A stretch of DNA of 64,000 nucleotides from a virus (taxonomy: Duplodnaviria; Caudoviricetes), in IMG/VR virus record IMGVR_UViG_3300032007_000023, positions 101,420-165,419 of that record; one strand, 5' to 3'. Below the pieces are notes generated by a model. It made no database searches, had not been told where the DNA came from, and saw only the letters and a list, made by a program, of their open reading frames with translations. Positions 58,701 to 64,000 of this stretch are shown here, one piece after another (the stretch's first letter is position 1; each line of letters starts with the position of its first letter). The translations under genes were made by a program, and so were the position numbers.

Positions 58701-60558
58701 CAGAAAATTTGGCATCAGATGGTACAGATTTTGCAATCGTGTAATCTGATGCTTTAAATCCACCAGTGGTTCCATCAGTGATCATCACACGACCGGATGT
58801 TATCGCAGATGTACCGGTTGTAAAACCACCGACGCGCCACGGACCTGTCACTGTTGTTGAATCATTGCTACAGTTTGTATACATGTATACAGCGCCATCA
58901 GCAACGAAATAAAGGTTCTCATCATTATACTTTGCTTGTGCTGCCGCAAATGTTGTACTGCTTTCACCAGCACAAACAATTGTTGTTCCGTTTGTTGAAC
59001 CTAAACGAACACCACTATTATTTGTAGCACCACTACCAGTTGCGGAATTGCCAAGAATGCCAATCGGATAAACCGTATGTGTAGCAGTACCGTCAGTATT
59101 CTTATACCTAACAGCCATCACGTTAACGTTTTCTCCAGCTGCTGGTTGAAGTGTGTCAAGGTTGATGGTTATTGGCATACCGGTTGTCTGTAAATAAAGC
59201 CGTGGTGATCTTAATACACCACCACTTGGATTAAAGTACAATGCATCATTTCGATATGCAACCTGTGCTGTACCAGCCGCTTCTCCTACTTTGTAATATG
59301 ACATTAACAGCGGTCTATTATTATCAGCGGTTGCAAATGTCTGTGATACTAATGTGTCTGTATTAGTATTAGTTTGACAGTAAAGATCTGTAGATGTTCC
59401 ATCGATTGTAATTGATCCTATCTTTGTACCAGACGTGAGACTTCTTGATATTGATACTTTTGAATAGTCTAAAGCAGGAATATCTCCTTTGGCTACTGCA
59501 GCTGTTGCTGAAACATGACCAGTTGTATCAACTGTTATTTTATATAATCCTGATGATGCAGCTGTGTGGGTTGGATGTGAATAGACCGTTGTATCTTTAC
59601 CATTTATTTTTATTTTACCATTTGATGATGATTCTACTTTTGTAGCTCCATTAGCAATACCACTTAATTTAGTCTTTTCTGCAGCAGTATAAACAATGCC
59701 ATTTAAGTGAGTGCCATCGTAATAGAACATTGGATGCTGTGCGAATAATGCCAGTTGATATATACTCGTATTATACATGCATCCAAGTAATATATAATAT
59801 TTACCATTTGTAAATGTTTGTGTCAATCCAGTTGTAGTAAGTTTAAATGTACCATCTGAATTGATAGTACATTCCAAATACACCGGTTTATATTGCGTGA
59901 ATCCAGCGGTTGATGTTACATTACAACTATATCGAAGATCAACACTTGGATACTGTTCATACAAAACATTGTTTGCTATTGCAGTTCCATCTGCATACGT
60001 CGAGTTCGCATCATTGTACATTATTACCGGAGGATACATAAAGCTTGCTGATGTATTAAATGTTTTAGCGGTGCCAGTACCTGATGTAGTGGTGAATGAT
60101 TGCATTCTCTGATTGTTATCCATAGCACAGAGTGAATAATTGAATACACCAATTGTACCAGCATATATTCTCGTCTGTTGAGATGTACGATCATAAGTGT
60201 CTGAATTGAAATCACTGACGATTTGATAGTTTGCTCCATCATATATAAAATAAGTGTATCTATTTGCTATTAATTGTGAAGCCGAAGCAAGATTAGCATT
60301 TCTATATTTAATCGGTTTTGCACCGGTTCCATCTACATTTAATGTCAATGATGCAACCGCAGCGGAATTTGTATTATTGAATTTAACAACAACCCATGCA
60401 CCAGTATACAGTTTAAAATTTCCTATTGTAACTTCCTTGGCAGCAGTTGCTGCAGCTGTACTACATGTACCAACATGAGGAAACAATTCTCGTATGTTAT
60501 ATGTCGCAGATGAATTGTCGCCAACTTGTACAGTTAAATTAGAAACATAATTTGCCAT
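55753..60558 (-). CDS. Long tail fibre protein (1601 aa)
   Basis: T/S/G/A-rich; GTCSTAAATAAK...TLNVDGTGAKPI module, HTH/HSH fibre motifs, internal repeats. Confidence 0.85.
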   Translation of the reverse strand: MANYVSNLTVQVGDNSSATYNIRELFPHVGTCSTAAATAAKEVTIGNFKLYTGAWVVVKFNNTNSAAVASLTLNVDGTGAKPIKYRNANLASASQLIANRYTYFIYDGANYQIVSDFNSDTYDRTSQQTRIYAGTIGVFNYSLCAMDNNQRMQSFTTTSGTGTAKTFNTSASFMYPPVIMYNDANSTYADGTAIANNVLYEQYPSVDLRYSCNVTSTAGFTQYKPVYLECTINSDGTFKLTTTGLTQTFTNGKYYILLGCMYNTSIYQLALFAQHPMFYYDGTHLNGIVYTAAEKTKLSGIANGATKVESSSNGKIKINGKDTTVYSHPTHTAASSGLYKITVDTTGHVSATAAVAKGDIPALDYSKVSISRSLTSGTKIGSITIDGTSTDLYCQTNTNTDTLVSQTFATADNNRPLLMSYYKVGEAAGTAQVAYRNDALYFNPSGGVLRSPRLYLQTTGMPITINLDTLQPAAGENVNVMAVRYKNTDGTATHTVYPIGILGNSATGSGATNNSGVRLGSTNGTTIVCAGESSTTFAAAQAKYNDENLYFVADGAVYMYTNCSNDSTTVTGPWRVGGFTTGTSAITSGRVMITDGTTGGFKASDYTIAKSVPSDAKFSDTVTTVTTSGSGNAVTSITASNGALTVTKGSTFSLSNHTHTTTIAADSGTNQLTLAASTKYKLTTGGTNFIFTTPPNTTYSAGTGLSLSGTTFNHSNSVTAVTTAVFKKITYDAQGHITGTANVTASDLPSHTHSYIPMSGSTDVTGNIKITKASGDTGFYAKRSDTGVEVWMGVGSGGTNHGIYSNKLGKWMMYGDASNVYLNGNATTASSWATARTLTLSGQLTGSVSVKGDANMTLSGWLKKSFIYDETSDFASYAWHKFAEKTITNANEDQTITFIVSKTWGDVPRYSGILTAHIRTGSTKVYESSQFYWQLANANIDPEDFVFVYTNTANTSCKVELWYKQTARYDGWIFTVLKEHSRTSTNNVWTLYTSTGHGSASHTTGTASYASSIAGIQNNTSGTSSNVTGTVAIAHGGTGATDRLNALKALTNENVGTDAQYFLTITNSWGKGGYTSVANAKTVLGLKSAAYTESSDYVPNTQAGMNAAINLLSTGSTTPALTDYYVAQYANGGTTTTSYYRRPISALWNAFKGLITLATTGSGNAVTAVSIANDGDRNRKITVTKGSTFSLSTHTHNYAGSSSAGGPATNVAIARVTKDSKVFPGANKVVFEEYTNGTDYNLPSNHFYHIMSAQGNDTKYGTQLALGMTTTAAYYRVCNNQKWSDWKSLINTDTNTKVTSSANHYTPATVSGQDKSASASGATAAWSIDVVKGVTLNTDGKGHVTGISVTSGKIPANPNTDTKVTQNIVSGSANRPLLMSYYQTGTTTTTAQVVYRNDLIYANPSTGAITANKFYGDITGYGLNAGIYDLITVDNPTFNGAEWMLTSIPSSSGGTSEPSFRRVKTAKFADYVNSNSRTVLFNDSTNTSKSITLSTPPTDTQYLKLYFRSSGNAGQTTMDNSVYSIAEVPYMTDVNLGGILQVAQLSDNMGVLKLTVLAFTIRITNHTLTLTKASYPSRLDGSTVANDTHLSANIIKVVAYR

Positions 60559-60624
60559 TGTTAAAGTATTCCTCCTTTGTTTGATGAAATTTACATGAAC
60601 GTTTTGTGCATAAAGAATAGTAAG

Positions 60625-60655
60625 AAATTATGTGGGGTTATACCCCACATAATTT
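60625..60655. terminator. Hairpin terminator
   Basis: AAATTATGTGGGGT-TAT-ACCCCACATAATTT. Confidence 0.7.
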
Positions 60656-60668
60656 AATACATATTGTG

Positions 60669-61757
60669 TTAAGGAGTATTATCTGGTGTAACTGTAATTG
60701 TTGCAGCAGTACCAGTGAATGATGGTTTTGATACTGTACCGGCAGCAGTTGTTGTACCAGAGAGCTGCACTTTCGTACCTGTGAATGTAGGTTGAGAAAC
60801 AGTACCACCAGGAGTATATGTAGCTGTACCTGATCCCGCTGCTGAAACTGTTGCTGTTTTGTTTTCTGTTGTTGCAGTTGTAGTTGTATATGTCTTTGGT
60901 ACTGCAATATTATCAGTAACAAGTCTTACAGCTGTTCCGGAGAAAGAAGGATCTGTAACATTTTTAACAGTAGTCGCAACTGTTTGAGCTGAACCCTTTG
61001 TTGGAAGCGATCCCCAAGAGAATGCGAGATTCTCGGTTGAAGCAGTATACGTTGCTGATGGAAGTGAACCAACAGCTGTAATACTATTAACCGTTGTGGT
61101 ATTCAATGTAACAGCTGTACCACTACAAGATCCACCAGGAGTATATGTAGCTGTACCTGATCCCGCTGCTGAAACTGTTGCTGTTTTGTTTTCTGTTGTT
61201 GCAGTTGTAGTTGTATATGTCTTAGGTACAGCAATGTTTCCTGTAACAAGACGAACACCAGTACCTGTGAATGTAGGTTTAGAAACTGTACCCTTTGGCT
61301 GATAATTACCAGAAGTATTATCTGCCGCGGTGATTGTTACAGATGATGATGAACCAGTGAATGATGGCTGAGAAACAGAACCAGCTGGTGTATATGATGT
61401 GGAACCCGTATCAGCAAATGCAAAAGCTTTAAGACCTGTAGCTTCACCAAATGCTCTCCATACCGAACCATCCCAAATAAATTCATTAGTATCTTGGAAG
61501 ACGATATCACCTACAGAAGCTGTAACACTCTTTGTTGACGATCCATCTTTTATAGTAACTGGGTTTGTTGTATCACCATCAAAGATTTGATGTGCTGGAG
61601 AAGGAGCTATGACACCTATGAATTCTACGCCGCCTTCAATCAATGTATATAAGGTATTTATATCATCTCTAGCTTGCGCATCCTTAATGTCATATGTGAT
61701 CGAACCTGTACCATTAGAATCAGGTATCGTAAGTTGCGAGACCAGTGGATTTGGCAT
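60669..61757 (-). CDS. Fibre/decoration protein with YTPxGxVSxPxFTG repeats
   Basis: Repeated P(S/T)FTG units, YDIKDAQAR and EFIWDGSVW fibre motifs. Confidence 0.75.
   Translation of the reverse strand: MPNPLVSQLTIPDSNGTGSITYDIKDAQARDDINTLYTLIEGGVEFIGVIAPSPAHQIFDGDTTNPVTIKDGSSTKSVTASVGDIVFQDTNEFIWDGSVWRAFGEATGLKAFAFADTGSTSYTPAGSVSQPSFTGSSSSVTITAADNTSGNYQPKGTVSKPTFTGTGVRLVTGNIAVPKTYTTTTATTENKTATVSAAGSGTATYTPGGSCSGTAVTLNTTTVNSITAVGSLPSATYTASTENLAFSWGSLPTKGSAQTVATTVKNVTDPSFSGTAVRLVTDNIAVPKTYTTTTATTENKTATVSAAGSGTATYTPGGTVSQPTFTGTKVQLSGTTTAAGTVSKPSFTGTAATITVTPDNTP
60805..61223. repeat. Exact 92-bp direct repeat (60805-60896 and 61132-61223)
   Basis: Identical nucleotide copies 327 bp apart, in frame. 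Confidence 0.9.
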
Positions 61758-61778
61758 ATTTATAACCTACCTTTCATT

Positions 61779-64000
61779 TTAAGTTCTGTAGAATTCTATA
61801 CGTTCTGGATCACTCGTTGTGCGAACTCCAACACTGTTACCTTTTAAGAATCCTACCTCATTTTCTAAACGTTCAACATGTTGAATCGCTTCATTGACCT
61901 TTTCAAATGCAGTATCAAAATTTTCTCCATCTGTTATAAGAGAAAGGTCTCCTGTATAGTATACGTCTGAATCAAAAACAACAGGTGTGTTTGGATCGAG
62001 TCCAACGTAGTGCTTATCATACCATGTTGTGCTTACAAAAGTGTCTCCAGGAGATCCAAGGACATAGTTATCATTTATATATTTATAATGCTTCGTTGGA
62101 TCCCAGTCAGGAGGAACCCCAGGTAATTGGTCATATGTCAATTCATAATATTTATACCAATCAGTATCCCAATCACTGGGTTTAGTATGCAACAGTACAA
62201 ATGAATCTGTTGTAGACACACGAACATATTGTGGTTCTACTTCGATGCCACCATTTGCATCAAACTGTAAACCTTCTCCGAGTTTAGCTTCGATAACTGG
62301 TGTAGTATCGCTTGTAATATTGATACCATCACCAGCTGTATATGCTCCACCGGTACCAGTCGGAATAGTAATAACTGATGTTGTACCATCAGAACTTTCA
62401 ATAGTAAGTTCGTTAAGCTTATTCGGATCTTCCTGAGTAATATTAACAACACCTGTATCAATAGTCACGTCTTTAGTGACATTATCTCGAAAATGGACTG
62501 TTAATATATTTGAATTATCAGCGTCATCTTGTGTTATATCTAAAATGCCGTCATTATTAATAAAATTATCATCATCGACAATCAATCCTTCTCCGACATT
62601 TACGTTAAACGTATTACCAGTATCAGGTAATACCTCTCTAACACGCATTGCTGGACCATATAAAAATTCATCGGTTCCACTGTTAGTGAAAAATGCATCA
62701 TTCTCGGTATCATATAATCCAGGAACATTATCAGCTCTTCTTATACATGGGAAGAACTTACATCTCTTTCCATTACCACCTACTTGAGAGCTCGTTTCAA
62801 CCGTCGAAATTGAGTATATTCTACATTGAGAATTACCAACAACACGTCCGTACATATCAGATCTTGCGAATACAAAAACACTCTGATATGATTCATCGGC
62901 ATGGTAAAATCCAATAACACGTAGATTTTCTTGTAGTATGTCAGGATCATACGTTGTATTTGTATCCGGTTTACGTAACGCATTATCTAACATACCTAAT
63001 CCTTTGCAGTAGCCATAATATGAGTTTCCATTACCTGAAATCCATGTATCATTGACAATGTGAGTTATGGAAAAATCTATAGTGATATCAATCTGATCCC
63101 ATATAGCAAGTCCATTGAGATTTATGTATTGCGTACCTGTTGATTCCAAGTACTCAACTTGGATATAGTCTTCAGGTATATCAGTATTCTGGTTATGTTC
63201 GATAATCGTTCCTAATGTTAAACCAATACCTGCATCATATTCAGGAATTTCAATTTCTTTCCATGTACCATCTCCACATAAGAAATATGTCTCTTCACCA
63301 GCTAATGGAGCTGGTACTAAACCATGTGTACCATCAGTAGAATCAGTAGCTCCTGTGAAGTCATTAACAGTTATCTCAGGTAAGCTTACCCATGTACCGG
63401 TTGATGATAACACCTTACCAACATCACGTGTTGATGGTGCTGGTACTAAACCGTGAATACCGGAATACATTCCATTGGTACCAATAAAATCAGAATAGTT
63501 TTCTAATCCTGCAAGCTTTTCTTTTTCGGATGTAGTATAAGGCTCTTCTATCTGATTAAGTATATCCAGAGTTCCCTTACCATCGATACCATGGGTATGA
63601 GATTTTTCATTAAGAACTTGAATCTCATATTGTATTTCAGCAATGACTCCAGAGTAGTCAGGTATGTTATCAAACTTCTCACGATCCGCAATACTCCAGA
63701 TCTGATAGTCTTCGGTTATAGTATCAAGAAATGATTTGTTATCGTGGTGATGTTTCTCCGCCATCAATAGATCAATGTCATAATTGATTTGATCTATATC
63801 AGAATCATAATTCCTTAAACCAGCAAGCTTTTCTTTTTCTGCTGTTGTATAGGGTTCTTCGATTCTATCAAGAACATTGATATTTTGGTGACTATGCATC
63901 TTAGGCCACATAATATCAACTTTTTCTTGTACATTATCGAACAATTGATGGAATTCTTCTTTTGTTAAATAATGAGAAAGATCTATATTGGTGAAATCAT
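61779..64000 (-). CDS. Tail fibre-like protein, 5'-partial
   Basis: Frame stays open to the right edge (...DFTNIDLSHYLTKEEFHQLFD); HxHxN...YTTxEKEKLAGL repeats, GxHGLVPAP repeats, YIQVEYLESTGTQYI module. Confidence 0.75.
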   Translation of the reverse strand, partial: DFTNIDLSHYLTKEEFHQLFDNVQEKVDIMWPKMHSHQNINVLDRIEEPYTTAEKEKLAGLRNYDSDIDQINYDIDLLMAEKHHHDNKSFLDTITEDYQIWSIADREKFDNIPDYSGVIAEIQYEIQVLNEKSHTHGIDGKGTLDILNQIEEPYTTSEKEKLAGLENYSDFIGTNGMYSGIHGLVPAPSTRDVGKVLSSTGTWVSLPEITVNDFTGATDSTDGTHGLVPAPLAGEETYFLCGDGTWKEIEIPEYDAGIGLTLGTIIEHNQNTDIPEDYIQVEYLESTGTQYINLNGLAIWDQIDITIDFSITHIVNDTWISGNGNSYYGYCKGLGMLDNALRKPDTNTTYDPDILQENLRVIGFYHADESYQSVFVFARSDMYGRVVGNSQCRIYSISTVETSSQVGGNGKRCKFFPCIRRADNVPGLYDTENDAFFTNSGTDEFLYGPAMRVREVLPDTGNTFNVNVGEGLIVDDDNFINNDGILDITQDDADNSNILTVHFRDNVTKDVTIDTGVVNITQEDPNKLNELTIESSDGTTSVITIPTGTGGAYTAGDGINITSDTTPVIEAKLGEGLQFDANGGIEVEPQYVRVSTTDSFVLLHTKPSDWDTDWYKYYELTYDQLPGVPPDWDPTKHYKYINDNYVLGSPGDTFVSTTWYDKHYVGLDPNTPVVFDSDVYYTGDLSLITDGENFDTAFEKVNEAIQHVERLENEVGFLKGNSVGVRTTSDPERIEFYRT

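Noticed and set aside
55753-64000. Diversity-generating retroelement or invertible fibre cassette
   Set aside because: No reverse transcriptase or recombinase in the window, and the 92-bp repeat has no adenine-specific mismatches.
1-64000. tRNA, rRNA, CRISPR array, chimallin/PhuZ genes
   Set aside because: None recognisable by eye in this window; absence here says nothing about the rest of the genome.

Overview
An AT-rich 64 kb segment of a jumbo myovirus of the phiKZ/AR9 (PBS1)-like type that encodes its own multisubunit RNA polymerase. Strong GGAGG/AAGGAG Shine-Dalgarno sites and the lysis and cell-wall genes point to a Bacillota (clostridial-type) host; this is inference. Layout: 1-34 kb is a head/virion module (partial tape-measure-like gene, major capsid protein, T4 gp21-type prohead protease, many internal head proteins with [VIFYH]-[QMT]-E sites, RNAP beta C-terminal fragment, gp25-like wedge protein, amidase endolysin). 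34.9-42 kb is replication (N-terminal half of a split family B DNA polymerase, type IIA topoisomerase A subunit, UvsW-like SF2 helicase). 42-55.7 kb holds early/accessory genes (SleB-like hydrolase, holin, ThyX, DHH phosphoesterase, RNAP beta' C-terminal part, stand-alone NrdD glycyl-radical domain). 55.7-64 kb holds tail fibres. Main observations: (1) the helicase Walker A motif is interrupted as GGT-TAG-GT-AAA, the only TAG stop among the credible genes here, and a 5-nt hop between matching GGT codons would restore PGFGKT (candidate programmed ribosomal bypass); (2) a shared ~55-aa propeptide ending in xQE is fused to at least six different cargo proteins; (3) a 1548-aa apparent polyprotein and several HExxH metalloprotease-like proteins; (4) an early operon of dead-HNH/HTH paralogues bracketed by two tiny acidic peptides. 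No tRNA, rRNA or CRISPR array was seen. All calls come from reading motifs by eye; no database searches were run.
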